Of a stretch of 64,000 bases of DNA, positions 1 through 10,303 are shown piece by piece. The translations under genes and the position numbers were made by a program. The notes beneath the pieces are model-generated. The model worked only from the letters and a program-made list of their open reading frames with translations, searched no databases and was not told the origin of the DNA. This DNA comes from an uncultured Chloroflexia bacterium. Lineage in GTDB: Bacteria > Chloroflexota > Limnocylindria > Limnocylindrales > CSP1-4. Location: contig OY970218.1 of assembly GCA_963713975.1 (NCBI GenBank), positions 320,001-384,000 on the forward strand, read 5' to 3'. The number at the start of each line of letters is the position of its first letter. The first letter of the stretch is position 1.

Positions 1-2
1 TC

Positions 3-1271
3 GCGATCCCGCCGCTCGACCGCACGGCGATCCCGCACGACACCGTGAAGGGCGCCTCCTCGCTGGAGCCGCTGTTCGAGTTCAGCGGCGCCTGCGCCGG
101 CTGCGGCGAGACGCCGTACATCCGGCTCGTCACCCAGCTGTTCGGGGACCGGATGGTCGTGGCCAACGCCACCGGCTGCTCCTCGATCTATGGCGCGAAC
201 CTGCCGACCACCCCGTACACCGTCAACGGCGACGGCCATGGGCCCGCGTGGGCCAACAGCCTGTTCGAGGACAACGCCGAGTTCGGCCTGGGCATGCGCC
301 TGGGCATGGACGCGCAGACCCTGTTTGCCAGGGAGCTCGTCGGGCGCCTGGCCCCGGTCATCGGCGAGGATCTCGCCCGCGATCTGCTGGACAGCCCGCA
401 GGCCACCGAGCCCGAGATCGCGGCGCAGCGCGAGCGGGTCGGGCGGCTTCGCCAGGTCCTCGAGGGCGTCACGGGCGAGCACGCCGTGGACGCCCGCCAG
501 CTGCTGGCCCTGTCCACGGACCTCGTGAAGCAAGGGGTGTGGATCATCGGCGGGGACGGATGGGCCTACGACATCGGCTTCGGTGGGCTCGACCAGGTCC
601 TCTCGTCCGGCCGCAACGTCAACATCCTCGTCCTCGACACCGAGGTCTACTCCAACACCGGTGGCCAGGCGTCGAAGGCCACGCCTCGTGGCGCCGTCGC
701 CAAGTTCGCCGCCGCCGGCAAGCCGACCGGCAAGAAGGACCTGGGCGCGATCGCCCGCTCCTACGGCAACGTCTTCGTGGCCCAGATCGCGCTCGGCGCC
801 AACGATGCCCAGTCGATCAAGGCGCTCCTGGAGGCCGAAGCGTGGGACGGGCCATCGCTCGTGATCGCCTACTCGACCTGCATCGCGCACGGCATTGACA
901 TGAGCAAGTCGATGTCCCACCAGAAGGACGCCGTCAAGAGCGGCTACTGGCCGCTCTACCGGTTCCAGCCGAGCGAGGTGCAGGACGGCCAGCCGTTCAA
1001 GCTGGACTCAGCGAAGCCCTCGATCCCGATCAAGGACTTCGTGTCGTCCGAGACGAGGTTCGCGATCCTCGAGCGCACGGACCCGGAGCGGGCGGCCGAG
1101 CTGGCCGAGCTGGCCCAGGCCGACGCCGACGAGCGCTGGCGCTACTACCAGCAGCTGGCGGGCATGCACCGCAGCATCCCGCACATCGCCGTGCCGGCGG
1201 ATGAGGATGCACCTGACACGGTCGCCGCCGCGGCGACCAACGGCACCGGCGAGAAGGGAGACGAGGCATGA
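3..1271 (+). CDS. nifJ: Pyruvate:ferredoxin (flavodoxin) oxidoreductase, C-terminal TPP-binding part (5' truncated by window edge)
   Basis: FEFSGACAGCGETPY, ANATGCSSIYG, GGDGWAYDIG and DTEVYSNTGGQ motifs; frame is open back to position 3. Confidence 0.96.
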   Translation, partial: AIPPLDRTAIPHDTVKGASSLEPLFEFSGACAGCGETPYIRLVTQLFGDRMVVANATGCSSIYGANLPTTPYTVNGDGHGPAWANSLFEDNAEFGLGMRLGMDAQTLFARELVGRLAPVIGEDLARDLLDSPQATEPEIAAQRERVGRLRQVLEGVTGEHAVDARQLLALSTDLVKQGVWIIGGDGWAYDIGFGGLDQVLSSGRNVNILVLDTEVYSNTGGQASKATPRGAVAKFAAAGKPTGKKDLGAIARSYGNVFVAQIALGANDAQSIKALLEAEAWDGPSLVIAYSTCIAHGIDMSKSMSHQKDAVKSGYWPLYRFQPSEVQDGQPFKLDSAKPSIPIKDFVSSETRFAILERTDPERAAELAELAQADADERWRYYQQLAGMHRSIPHIAVPADEDAPDTVAAAATNGTGEKGDEA

Positions 1272-2293
1272 ACCCCGACCTGCGCACCCGCTACCTCGGG
1301 CTCGAGCTCCGCTCCCCCATCGTCGCCTCTCCGACCCCGTTGACCGGCGACCCCGCCTTCGTCAAGCGCCTCGAGGATGCAGGCGTCGGCGCGGTGGTGC
1401 TGCCGTCGCTGTTCGAAGAGGAGATCCTCAACGACGAGATCGAGCTGAGCCGCGCCCTCGACCAGGGCACAGAGCAGTTCGCGGAGGCCCTCGGGTACTT
1501 CCCGAACATCGACGAGTTCAAGGGGGTCGGCGACCGGTACCTGGCCCGCCTCGAGCAGACGAAGAGCTCGGTCTCCGTCCCGGTGATCGCCAGCCTCAAC
1601 GCCGACACCAACGGCGGCTGGATCCGCTACGCGAAGTTGATGCAGGATGCCGGGGCCGATGCCCTGGAGCTCAACCTGTACCACGTCGCCGCGGACCCCA
1701 CGCAGGACGCCGCCACCCGGGAGCAGGCCGACATCGACCTGGTCGCCGACGTGCGGGCCGCCATCTCGATCCCGTTCTCGGTCAAGCTGAGCCCGTACTA
1801 CGCGGCGCTGGCCAACGTCGCAGGCAGGATCGTGGATGCCGGGGCGGACGGCCTCGTCCTGTTCAACCGCTTCTACCAGCCGGACCTCGACCTCGACACG
1901 TTCGATGTGGTCACCAGGGTCGCGCTCAGCCACCCCACGGAGCTGCGCCTGCCACTCCGATGGATCGCCATCATGCGGCCCCAGCTGGGGGCCGGTGTCG
2001 GGCTGGCCGCAACGTCGGGCGTCCACACCGCGACCGACGCGATCAAGGCCCTTGCCATTGGCGCCGACGTCGTGATGATGGCCTCGGCGATCCTGCGCCA
2101 CGGGGCCGAGCACGTCACCGTGGTCGAGCGCGATCTCGTCGCGTGGATGACCGAACGCGAATACGAGTCCGTGTCGCAGCTGCGCGGGTCCGCCTCCGCC
2201 GCGACGGTGGCCAACCCGACGGCCTTCGAGCGCGCCAACTACCTTCAGACGCTCCACTCCTGGTCCACGCCGCCCGAGCTGGCGACGCACTAG
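1268..2293 (+). CDS. Dihydroorotate dehydrogenase-like FMN protein (nifJ-associated type)
   Basis: YLGLELRSPIVAS, VLPSLFEE, VKLSPY, LFNRFYQPD, FERANY; ATGA overlap with the nifJ stop. Confidence 0.9.
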   Translation: MNPDLRTRYLGLELRSPIVASPTPLTGDPAFVKRLEDAGVGAVVLPSLFEEEILNDEIELSRALDQGTEQFAEALGYFPNIDEFKGVGDRYLARLEQTKSSVSVPVIASLNADTNGGWIRYAKLMQDAGADALELNLYHVAADPTQDAATREQADIDLVADVRAAISIPFSVKLSPYYAALANVAGRIVDAGADGLVLFNRFYQPDLDLDTFDVVTRVALSHPTELRLPLRWIAIMRPQLGAGVGLAATSGVHTATDAIKALAIGADVVMMASAILRHGAEHVTVVERDLVAWMTEREYESVSQLRGSASAATVANPTAFERANYLQTLHSWSTPPELATH

Positions 2294-2309
2294 CCCCGGG
2301 GACTTCAGC

Positions 2310-2345
2310 AAGCGGGCGCCGGCTCCGGCCGGCGCCCGCTTCTTC
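2310..2345 (+). terminator. Intrinsic terminator-like hairpin after the nifJ-DHODH operon
   Basis: 14-bp perfect stem AAGCGGGCGCCGGC-TCCG-GCCGGCGCCCGCTT followed by CTTC. Confidence 0.7.
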
Positions 2346-2372
2346 GTGTCTGGAGGGCTGAATCCGGGGGGG

Positions 2373-2420
2373 TTGACAACGGTCATTCATCGTGCAACAT
2401 AACGTTCAATATCTATTGAA
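2373..2420 (+). promoter_or_regulatory. sigma70 -35 (TTGACA) plus palindromic operator TTCAATA-TC-TATTGAA
   Basis: TTGACA at 2373-2378; perfect 7-bp inverted repeat at 2405-2420 in an AT-rich island just before the regulator gene. Confidence 0.75.
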
Positions 2421-2442
2421 TATTAGACGGACGCCGAACACC

Positions 2443-3102
2443 ATGACCCCGGCCGACGAGACACCCCTGGATCCCGACTTCATCCCGGAACCCACGCGCC
2501 GCATCGCGAGCGTGGAGACGCTCCGTGTCGTCTCGGACCCGACGCGCATGCGGCTGATGGAGACGATGGTCCAGCGCCAGGACCCACCGTGGTCCGTCCG
2601 GGAGCTCGCCGCGGAGCTCCAGGTCCCGCAGACCCGCCTCTACCACCACATCGAGCAGCTGCGCAGCCACGACATCATCCGGCCGGTGGAGAGGCGCGTT
2701 GTCTCGGGGATCATCGAGACCCGCTACCGGATCAGCGCCTTCTCGTTCCAGCTCGACCGCCGCCTGTTCGAGGGCGGCGAGGACGAGCGCCGGACGATCC
2801 TCCACGACACCCTGGTCGCGGTCTTCGACACCGCGCGCGACGAGATCGAGACCGCGATGCGTGGCGGGGCCCTCAAGCCGCCTGGCAGCCCCAGGGACGA
2901 GCCTCTGCTCGTCGTCCGCAGCGTCGCGCGACTGACACCGGACCGTGCTGAGGAGTACCGCCGTCGACTCAAGGAACTCGAGGATGAGTTCAGCGATCCG
3001 GACGGTGACCAGGGCGGAGGCCGGGCATGGGGCGTGGTCCTGGCGCTGTATCCCCTGCCCCAGGCTCCGGCACCCGTCTCCCCCACCCCCGATACGGAGT
3101 AG
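2443..3102 (+). CDS. ArsR/HTH_20-like winged-helix transcriptional regulator
   Basis: LRVVSDPTRMRL...SVRELAAEL...TRLYHHIEQL...GIIETRY; start placed at ATG 2443 downstream of the operator. Confidence 0.88.
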   Translation: MTPADETPLDPDFIPEPTRRIASVETLRVVSDPTRMRLMETMVQRQDPPWSVRELAAELQVPQTRLYHHIEQLRSHDIIRPVERRVVSGIIETRYRISAFSFQLDRRLFEGGEDERRTILHDTLVAVFDTARDEIETAMRGGALKPPGSPRDEPLLVVRSVARLTPDRAEEYRRRLKELEDEFSDPDGDQGGGRAWGVVLALYPLPQAPAPVSPTPDTE

Positions 3103-3106
3103 CACC

Positions 3107-4459
3107 ATGGCCGACGTCCCGGTCGAGCGCGCCTTCGGCGTCCGCGATCTCCTGCGCCTCCGCGACTACCGCCGCCTGTACCTTGCTCAGGCGATCTCGG
3201 ATGTCGGCGACGGCATGACCTACCTGGCCCTGTTCCTGGTGGTGCTCGAGATGACCGGATCCCCGGCGGCGATCGCGCTCATGTCGATCCTGGTCGCCCT
3301 GCCGCCCGTCACGATCGGCCTGCTCGCGGGCGCCTGGGCGGATCGCTCCGACCGTCGCCGGATCATGATCGGCTCCGACGTGCTGCGATCCGGCGTCGTC
3401 CTGGCCATCGCGCCGGCGGCCATGGCCGGAGCACTGCCGGCCATCTTCGTCCTCGCGGCCATCCAGGCCGTGATCGGCACGTTCTTCGCGCCGGCCCGAA
3501 CGGCCCTCATCCCACGCGTGGTGCCGGGCGAGGGGCTCCTGGCCGCCAACTCGCTGGGCCAGATGACCCGGATGGTTGCGGGCGTGATCGGCGCCGCCGT
3601 GACCGGGGTGATCGCGGGCGTCGCCGGCATCGTATGGCCGGTATTCCTCGCGGACTCCGCCACGTTCCTCGTATCGGCTGCGCTCGTCGCGGGGGTGGGT
3701 CGAGAGTTGGGCCGCCCGGAGGCCATAGCCGCCGCTGGCCTCAAAGCGCGGGGTATGGGCGGCGCGGTCCTCGACGGCCTCCGGCTGATCGGCGGCTCGG
3801 CACCGCTGATCGCGGCCCTCGGCGGCGTCTCGGTGACCATGCTGGGTGTCGGGGCGATCAACGTCCTGTTCATCCCGTTCCTGGTGGGCGACCTCGGGGC
3901 GAGCGTGGCCTGGGTGGGACCGCTCGAGGCCGCTCAGACGATCGCCATGGTCATCACCGGCGGCCTGCTGGCCGGTCGCGCGGCGCGCCTCAGCGTGCCG
4001 CGCCTGTTCGTGGGGGGGCTGGCCGGGCTGGCGGCGTGCATCGGGCTGCTGTCGGTCGTTCCGGGGCCGCTCGCCCTGATGGCCGTGATGTTCGGCGCCG
4101 GTGCGTTCACGATGCCGGTGCAGGCGACGACCATGACGATCGTGCAGCAGGCCACGACGGACGGGACACGCGGACGCGTTGCCGGCGCCCTCAACGCCGC
4201 CATCCAGACGGCCTCGATCGCCTCGATGGCGGCCGCTGGCGTCCTGGCCAGCGTTCTCGGCATCCGCTCGGTCTTCGCGTTCGGCGCGGTACTGACCCTC
4301 ACCGCGGCCGTCGTCGCCTGGGCCCTGTTCCGGCGCGTGCCCACCGCAGCCGGCCAGGCGCAGGCCGGCGTGTCCGAACCCGCCCGGGTGGCGGGGCAGG
4401 GTCAGCCCGAGCGCCAGTCCCCGACCGTCGTGGTGAGGAAGCCGATCACGGACCGGTAG
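3107..4459 (+). CDS. MFS transporter (DHA3/MefA-like)
   Basis: About 12 hydrophobic helices; AGAWADRSDRRRIMI motif A; RGRVAG in the second half. Confidence 0.9.
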   Translation: MADVPVERAFGVRDLLRLRDYRRLYLAQAISDVGDGMTYLALFLVVLEMTGSPAAIALMSILVALPPVTIGLLAGAWADRSDRRRIMIGSDVLRSGVVLAIAPAAMAGALPAIFVLAAIQAVIGTFFAPARTALIPRVVPGEGLLAANSLGQMTRMVAGVIGAAVTGVIAGVAGIVWPVFLADSATFLVSAALVAGVGRELGRPEAIAAAGLKARGMGGAVLDGLRLIGGSAPLIAALGGVSVTMLGVGAINVLFIPFLVGDLGASVAWVGPLEAAQTIAMVITGGLLAGRAARLSVPRLFVGGLAGLAACIGLLSVVPGPLALMAVMFGAGAFTMPVQATTMTIVQQATTDGTRGRVAGALNAAIQTASIASMAAAGVLASVLGIRSVFAFGAVLTLTAAVVAWALFRRVPTAAGQAQAGVSEPARVAGQGQPERQSPTVVVRKPITDR

Positions 4460-5247
4460 TAGCGGCCCCGCGCGTAGGGATCCAGGATCCCGTTTGCCCC
4501 ATCCGTGCGGACGGACGCGAACGAGCTGTCGTACTTGCGCGTGCGCGCCGGATCCGCCCAGAACAGCTGCTTCATCGTCGTCGCCGCGGAGGCATGGAAC
4601 AGGCCCCGGATCACGTAGCCGACGTTCGTGATGCCGCTGGCGAACACCGCCGTCGCACCTGCCTTGAAGAAGCCGGACCCATAGTTGTCCACCCGCTTCC
4701 TGGCCGTCGACTTCGTCGGGTTGCCGGCACCCCACTCGTTGTTGCCGGAGGCGTAGCACAGGCGGTTGAGCACGACGACCGCGTTCGGCGCCAGCCCCAG
4801 GGTGGCCATGTACGTCTCGCCGTAGTACTTCGTGTTGCGGTTCCCGGCGCCGGCTGTGCGGTTCAGGCCCATCCCGTCCTTGGAGGTCGCTGCAAAGGGG
4901 GCGTGGACGCTCGGCCAGCCGTTGCCGTGGCCGAGGTAGATCAGCAGGTTGGCGCCCTTGGCGGCGGCCCGGACCCGGGACCACGTGGCATTGGGGCTGA
5001 AGACCTTGGTGACCGATGCACCGTAGCTGCGAGCCTGTTCGGCGAGCTTGCGGGCTCCGGCCTTGTAGCTGGCGGTCGCGGACCCGACGGGACCGACCAC
5101 GATCACGACCCTGTGGGTGGCCGCCTGGACCTCGGGCGCCGTGACGGTCGCGGTCGTCGCGAGGAGAAGCGCGGCGAGGACGGACGTCAGGAGCGACCGG
5201 ATCCTCCTGGATGACGCCCTTTGGGCGCCTTCATGATGCTCGTGCAA
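4402..5247 (-). CDS. Secreted hypothetical protein, possible clan CD (caspase/gingipain-fold) peptidase
   Basis: Signal peptide RRIRSLLTSVLAALLL...VQA; LLIYLGHG and VVLNRLC motifs; start uncertain (in-frame TTG at 5247). Confidence 0.7.
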   Translation of the reverse strand: MHEHHEGAQRASSRRIRSLLTSVLAALLLATTATVTAPEVQAATHRVVIVVGPVGSATASYKAGARKLAEQARSYGASVTKVFSPNATWSRVRAAAKGANLLIYLGHGNGWPSVHAPFAATSKDGMGLNRTAGAGNRNTKYYGETYMATLGLAPNAVVVLNRLCYASGNNEWGAGNPTKSTARKRVDNYGSGFFKAGATAVFASGITNVGYVIRGLFHASAATTMKQLFWADPARTRKYDSSFASVRTDGANGILDPYARGRYYRSVIGFLTTTVGDWRSG

Positions 5248-5606
5248 TCGTCTTGCCTCGTCTCTGCCGGAACACCGCGGCGAGCCGCGGCGACGGTGTG
5301 CATGGTGGCCATCCACGGCGACACGGGAGAGCGGCCGCACATGTGGTCGGCCAGGGCAGACGTGCGATCGCCTGGGGGCGATCGGCGGACTGGGCGGCGG
5401 GGACCACCCGAGGGGAATGACAGGGTGCCTGCCGGGGGACGGCTCTTCGGTTGTGGGGCCTGTCTGCGATCGATGCTCGACCCTGTGGGTCGACGCCGAG
5501 TATGCCAGACACCGTCCGGACGGCCCACCTGCCACGTGGCCCGTCGATGACGAGGCACGGCAGTCTCTCCTGTGGTCCCTCCGGCACCCCCGGGGAACGC
5601 GGGCGG

Positions 5607-6107
5607 TCAGGCGCGGCGGGCAACGGGCGCCACGAATCCGGACACCGCCGCCACCAGGTCCGCAGCCGCGAGCTCGATCTCCAGGCCCCGCCGTCCGGCC
5701 GAGACGTGCACCGTCGGGAAGGTGCTCGCCGAGGTGTCGACCACCGTCGGCAGTGGCCTCCTCGTGCCGAGGGGCGAGATGCCTCCCAGCACGTAGCCCG
5801 TTGCACGTTCGGCGTCAGCCGGTGGGGCGATCACGGCCCTCCGGCCGCCCAGCGCGTCTGCGACCGCCTTCAGGTCCACGTCGCGATCGGCGGGCACCAC
5901 GACGATCGCCGGCCGCGCGTCGACCAGCACGACGATCGACTTGAAGACCCGTGCGGCCTCGATCCCGAGCGCCTCGACGGCCCCCAGCGCATACCCATGA
6001 CCGCCTTCCCGCAGCGGGGCACGGGCGTTGTGTACATATTCATGCACCGTGTGCGGAATGGCTTTCTGCCGCGCCATGGCGACCGCGCGCGTCCCCCGTG
6101 AGCCCAC
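5607..6107 (-). CDS. ybaK: Cys-tRNA(Pro) deacylase YbaK/EbsC
   Basis: [31 protein letters not shown]; GATAAT -10 directly before the GTG. Confidence 0.93.
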   Translation of the reverse strand: MGSRGTRAVAMARQKAIPHTVHEYVHNARAPLREGGHGYALGAVEALGIEAARVFKSIVVLVDARPAIVVVPADRDVDLKAVADALGGRRAVIAPPADAERATGYVLGGISPLGTRRPLPTVVDTSASTFPTVHVSAGRRGLEIELAAADLVAAVSGFVAPVARRA

Positions 6108-6239
6108 GTGGCGATTATCGCGTATGCTCCGACCCGTCCGGCGGTCGCCGCCGCCCAGCCTCCCCGCGAGGGCGCCGCGCCGGACGACCACATCAGGTGG
6201 CCGCCGCCCAAGCGGTCCGGACGGAGATCACGACACACC

Positions 6240-7487
6240 TTGCGATTCGAAGAGCTGGGGCTCTCAGCCGACCTCCTGCGCACTGTCATCGAGGAGGGCT
6301 ACACGGAGCCGACGCCCGTCCAGGAACGGGCCATCCCCTTGGTTCTCGGGGGTCGGGACGTCCTCGCCGCCGCCCAGACGGGCACCGGCAAGACGGCCGC
6401 CTTCACCCTCCCCATCCTCGACCGCCTGCGCCCGTACGCGAACACTTCGTTCTCGCCCGCGCGCCATCCGGTCCGCTGCCTCGTCCTGACCCCCACGCGA
6501 GAGCTGGCGGTCCAGGTCTCGGAGGCGATCAGGACCTACGGCCGGAAGGTCCCGCTACGCGCGTCCGTCGTCTATGGCGGGGTTCCCCTCGATCCGCAGA
6601 TCAAGGAGCTGCTCGCCGGTGTGGAGATCCTGGTCGCGACCCCGGGCCGCCTCCTGGACCTCGTCGGCCAGCGCGCCGCGAACCTGACCCAGGTGGAGAT
6701 CCTCGTCCTCGACGAGGCCGATCGGATGCTGGACATGGGCTTCATGCCGGACATCCGGCGGATCCTCGACCTGCTGCCAAACCGCAAGCAGACGCTGCTC
6801 TTCTCGGCCACGTTCTCGGACGACATCAAGCGCCTCGCGGGCTCGATCCTCAACAACCCCGAGACCATCGAGGTCGCCCGCCACGGGACGGCCGCCGAGG
6901 CCGTCCGTCAGCTCGTCTACCCGGTCGATCGTGACCGCAAGGAGGAGTTGCTCGCGCACCTGATCATCGAGGGCGACTGGCGTCAGGTCCTCGTGTTCAC
7001 GCGAACCAAGCTCGCCGCGTCCCGCCTCGCCTCGTGGCTGGACCGGCACGGGGTCGCCGCCACGGCCATCCACTCGGACCGTGCCCAGTCGGATCGGACG
7101 AAGGCCCTGGAGGCGTTCAAGGCTGGCGAGATCCGGGTCCTGGTCGCGACGGACGTCGCCGCCAGGGGGCTCGACATCGAGGACCTGCCCCACGTCGTGA
7201 ACTACGAGCTGCCGTGGAACCCCGAGGACTACGTCCACCGTATCGGCCGCACCGGCCGGGCCGGAGCCACGGGCGATGCCATCAGCCTGGTCACCATCGA
7301 CGAGGCGGACCTGCTCCGCGGCGTCCAGCGGCTGCTCCAGGTCGCCATCCCGTGGGAGGTCGCGGACGGCTTCGTGCCCCGTCGTGACGCGGAGGCCCAG
7401 CCGCTGCGCGCACCGCGCGGGGCCGGTGGGTCGTCGAGCAGCGCCCGTGGGCGCTCGAGCGCACCGCGGAGCGGTCGCCGCCGCTGA
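6240..7487 (+). CDS. rhlE: DEAD-box RNA helicase (RhlE-like)
   Basis: Q motif, [34 protein letters not shown]; GGAGA RBS before TTG 6240. Confidence 0.93.
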   Translation: MRFEELGLSADLLRTVIEEGYTEPTPVQERAIPLVLGGRDVLAAAQTGTGKTAAFTLPILDRLRPYANTSFSPARHPVRCLVLTPTRELAVQVSEAIRTYGRKVPLRASVVYGGVPLDPQIKELLAGVEILVATPGRLLDLVGQRAANLTQVEILVLDEADRMLDMGFMPDIRRILDLLPNRKQTLLFSATFSDDIKRLAGSILNNPETIEVARHGTAAEAVRQLVYPVDRDRKEELLAHLIIEGDWRQVLVFTRTKLAASRLASWLDRHGVAATAIHSDRAQSDRTKALEAFKAGEIRVLVATDVAARGLDIEDLPHVVNYELPWNPEDYVHRIGRTGRAGATGDAISLVTIDEADLLRGVQRLLQVAIPWEVADGFVPRRDAEAQPLRAPRGAGGSSSSARGRSSAPRSGRRR

Positions 7488-7535
7488 GTCTCGGCCGCGG
7501 CCACCCATCCCGGTACCGAACCCGGCGCGTACCGG

Positions 7536-9008
7536 CTAGGGCGTGGTCGAGGCGGACGGTGAGGGACCCGGGAGCGGTGGGAGCACGATCTTGAGCATCG
7601 CCTCCGCGATCCGGGCCGGGTCCTGCACGCCCTGGTTCGTGAGCACCGCGATGGTCACGCCCTCCTCCGGCAGGTAGCGGGCGACGTTCCGGAAGCCCAG
7701 GAACCGGCCGGAGTGGCCCAGGGCCGGCCGACCGGCGATCGGCAGTGCCTGGATGCCCAGGCCGTATGGGATCGCGGCGCCGAGCTTGGTCGTGCGCGCG
7801 ACATCCGCCAGCATCTCCTGGTGGGTCTGGGCAGAGACCACCCCGTCCCCGCCCCAGGCCTGCATCCAGCGGGCGGCATCGAGCGCCGTCGCCGCGATCG
7901 AGCCGGCGCCGGCGGCGGCCGTCACCACGGATCGGAAGGGCATGACGTCACCCGCCGGCGCCACCGGCATATAGCGGACGCCGCCGCCGGCCCTGGCAAC
8001 CAGCCGGTAGGCCAGCGTGCCCCCCACCCGTGGCTCCTCGACGCCCTGGTACCAGGCCGTCTCGAGCCCCAGGGGATCGAGAAGCCGGTCGCGGACCTCC
8101 GTCGAGAGCGGCCGGCCCGTCACCTTGGTCACGAGCTCGCCGAGCAGGAGGTAGTTGGCGTTGGAGTAGATCCAGCGCTTGCCAGGTTTGGCGTGCTTCT
8201 TCGGCACGTACGCCCATGTCCGCTCGGCACTCCAGGCCGCATCGGGCTGCCGCTGGAGCGGCCGATCGATCCCGACGTTGAGGAAGTAGTCCCCGAGGCC
8301 GCTGGTGTGGTCGAGGAGCATCCGGACGGTGATCCGGGAGTCGAGCCCGAAGGCGGGCAGCAGCGGGGCGACCTTCTGGTCCAGCGAGAGCTGGCCCTCC
8401 TCTACCAGCTGGAGCACCACCGCCGCAGTCAGCGTCTTGGAGATCGAGGCCAGCGCGAAGGCGGTCCCGGTGGTCATCGGCTTCTCCGCGGCCATGTTCC
8501 TCATCCCGGACGCGCCCAGCCAGCGGCGACCGTCGTCCCACAGGATCGCGACCGAGACGCCGGGGATCTTGAGCTTGGTCCGGATCTTCTCGAGGCGAGC
8601 CTGGAGGGCCACCGCCGGGATCGATGGATCCGACGACGTATCGTCCGGGGGGGCCGGGGGCACATCTGTCGCGGTCGGTTGCGGGCCGGATGGTTGCGAG
8701 CCGGGCGGCGCCGTGCCGGCACCGGCGGACGGGCCGGGGCCTTCGCTGGAGGTCGTCGCCTGGCCGATGGGGGTCGGGTCCGCGGACGAGCCCGCGGCCG
8801 TTGCCGGCGACGACGAGGACGGGCTGGCCGCCACGACGGCGCCGCCCCCCTGGCCGACGCCACCGAGGAGCCCACTGATCGCGATGAGGATCGCGATCAC
8901 GACCACGGCGGCGATCACGATCCCGGCCGGGGTGCGCGCGGCCGCCGCGAGGCGGGCGCCACCGCCGCCTGCGGACCCGGGATCCCGCTCGCTGGGTGAG
9001 TTCGGCAT
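7536..9008 (-). CDS. Membrane-anchored serine hydrolase, beta-lactamase class C/D-Ala-D-Ala carboxypeptidase family
   Basis: SISK (SxxK), YSN and HSG motifs; N-terminal TM helix and Pro/Ser linker. Confidence 0.88.
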   Translation of the reverse strand: MPNSPSERDPGSAGGGGARLAAAARTPAGIVIAAVVVIAILIAISGLLGGVGQGGGAVVAASPSSSSPATAAGSSADPTPIGQATTSSEGPGPSAGAGTAPPGSQPSGPQPTATDVPPAPPDDTSSDPSIPAVALQARLEKIRTKLKIPGVSVAILWDDGRRWLGASGMRNMAAEKPMTTGTAFALASISKTLTAAVVLQLVEEGQLSLDQKVAPLLPAFGLDSRITVRMLLDHTSGLGDYFLNVGIDRPLQRQPDAAWSAERTWAYVPKKHAKPGKRWIYSNANYLLLGELVTKVTGRPLSTEVRDRLLDPLGLETAWYQGVEEPRVGGTLAYRLVARAGGGVRYMPVAPAGDVMPFRSVVTAAAGAGSIAATALDAARWMQAWGGDGVVSAQTHQEMLADVARTTKLGAAIPYGLGIQALPIAGRPALGHSGRFLGFRNVARYLPEEGVTIAVLTNQGVQDPARIAEAMLKIVLPPLPGPSPSASTTP

Positions 9009-9085
9009 GCAGGTGAGACGATACGCTGGACAGCCCGGGAGCACCTCCGGACGCCATCGCCACCCACCGTCACGAGCCGGAGCCC

Positions 9086-10303
9086 ATGCCCGACGACCGC
9101 AGCGCCTCCAATCTGATCCGCGAGGTCGGCCTCATGGCCGATGGCCCAGTGACCTGGGGACGGCCCATCCGCCATTCCGGTCCCGGCATCTTCGTGGTGG
9201 AGCTGACGGCGCCGCTGGCCTCGGCTCCCCTGGACCTGGCGCGGGTCGGCAAGTGGCTCGAACGGGTCCCGGACCTCCGCCTGGACGGCGCCCGACCGGG
9301 GTCGAAGGACCTGCTGCATCGGCTCCGGGCGTTCTGGCTGCCCTCGCAGCAGGTCGTATTCATCGGCAGCTCGACGGGGTCCGTCTCCGGCCGCCTGTCC
9401 TCGATGGCCAAGACCGTGCCGGGTGACCGCAAGCCGGCCTGGACCGGGTTCTGGCTCCACTTCCTGCGCGACGTGCAGGAACTCCGGATCTGGTGGGCGG
9501 CGACCGATGCGCCGGAGGAGTACGAGGACGCCCTGCTCGACGCCTTCGCCGCCGGAGTCCCCGACGCCGAAAAGGCCGCGACGCACGGACCAGGGATGGC
9601 GATGCCGTGGGCCGTCCTGCGCACCCCGTCGGGGATCCGGAAGGCGACGGGGCTCGTCAACCCGCTGCTCCCCGAGGTCAAGGCCCCGCAGCCCAAGCCG
9701 GTGTCGCGGATCGTGCACCTGCCGCCCGCAGAGGCCGACGGCGCTCGCGACGAGGCCAAGCGCGGCCGGCGTCCCGCACCGGGCCGCGGGACGGGGCGCA
9801 TTGCCTCGGCGGCCGCATACGCAGCCCAGGGCTCACCCCGCAAGGTGACCGAGCCGATCATCCTCTCGCCGGAGGGCCGGGAGCGGCTCGAAGCGGAGCT
9901 GGCCGGGCTGCTGGCAGAGCGGCCGGGGGTGATCAGGCGGATCGCAACCGCGCGCGAGCACGGGGACCTCAAGGAGAATGCGGAATACCATGCCGCGCGC
10001 GAGGAGCAGGGCTTCCTCGAGGGCCGGATCAAGGCCCTCGAGGGCAAGCTGAAGATCGCCGTGGTCGTGGCACCGACGGAGCGTGGGGCAACCGTGGGCC
10101 TGGGGTCGCGCGTCCGCGTCGAGGTGGAGGGGGACGAGTCCACGATGCAGGTCGTGAGCTCCGCCGAGGCCAACTCGCGCGAGGGCCGGATCTCCAGCGT
10201 GTCACCCGTAGGCGCCGCGCTGATGGGCCGCAAGGTCGGGGACGCCGTGACGATCGTGACCCCTGGCGGCCCGATCCGGTACCAGGTGCTGGAGGTCTCC
10301 TAG
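9086..10303 (+). CDS. greA: GreA transcription elongation factor fused to an N-terminal GIY-YIG-like domain
   Basis: C-terminal ~150 aa has HGDLKENAEYHAARE and ISSVSPVGAALMG; ~250-aa in-frame N-terminal extension with no stop. Confidence 0.85.
   Translation: MPDDRSASNLIREVGLMADGPVTWGRPIRHSGPGIFVVELTAPLASAPLDLARVGKWLERVPDLRLDGARPGSKDLLHRLRAFWLPSQQVVFIGSSTGSVSGRLSSMAKTVPGDRKPAWTGFWLHFLRDVQELRIWWAATDAPEEYEDALLDAFAAGVPDAEKAATHGPGMAMPWAVLRTPSGIRKATGLVNPLLPEVKAPQPKPVSRIVHLPPAEADGARDEAKRGRRPAPGRGTGRIASAAAYAAQGSPRKVTEPIILSPEGRERLEAELAGLLAERPGVIRRIATAREHGDLKENAEYHAAREEQGFLEGRIKALEGKLKIAVVVAPTERGATVGLGSRVRVEVEGDESTMQVVSSAEANSREGRISSVSPVGAALMGRKVGDAVTIVTPGGPIRYQVLEVS

Noticed and set aside
5250-5600. 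Riboswitch in the long region upstream of the secreted protein gene
   Set aside because: Only small hairpins; no recognisable c-di-AMP, c-di-GMP or other aptamer core.
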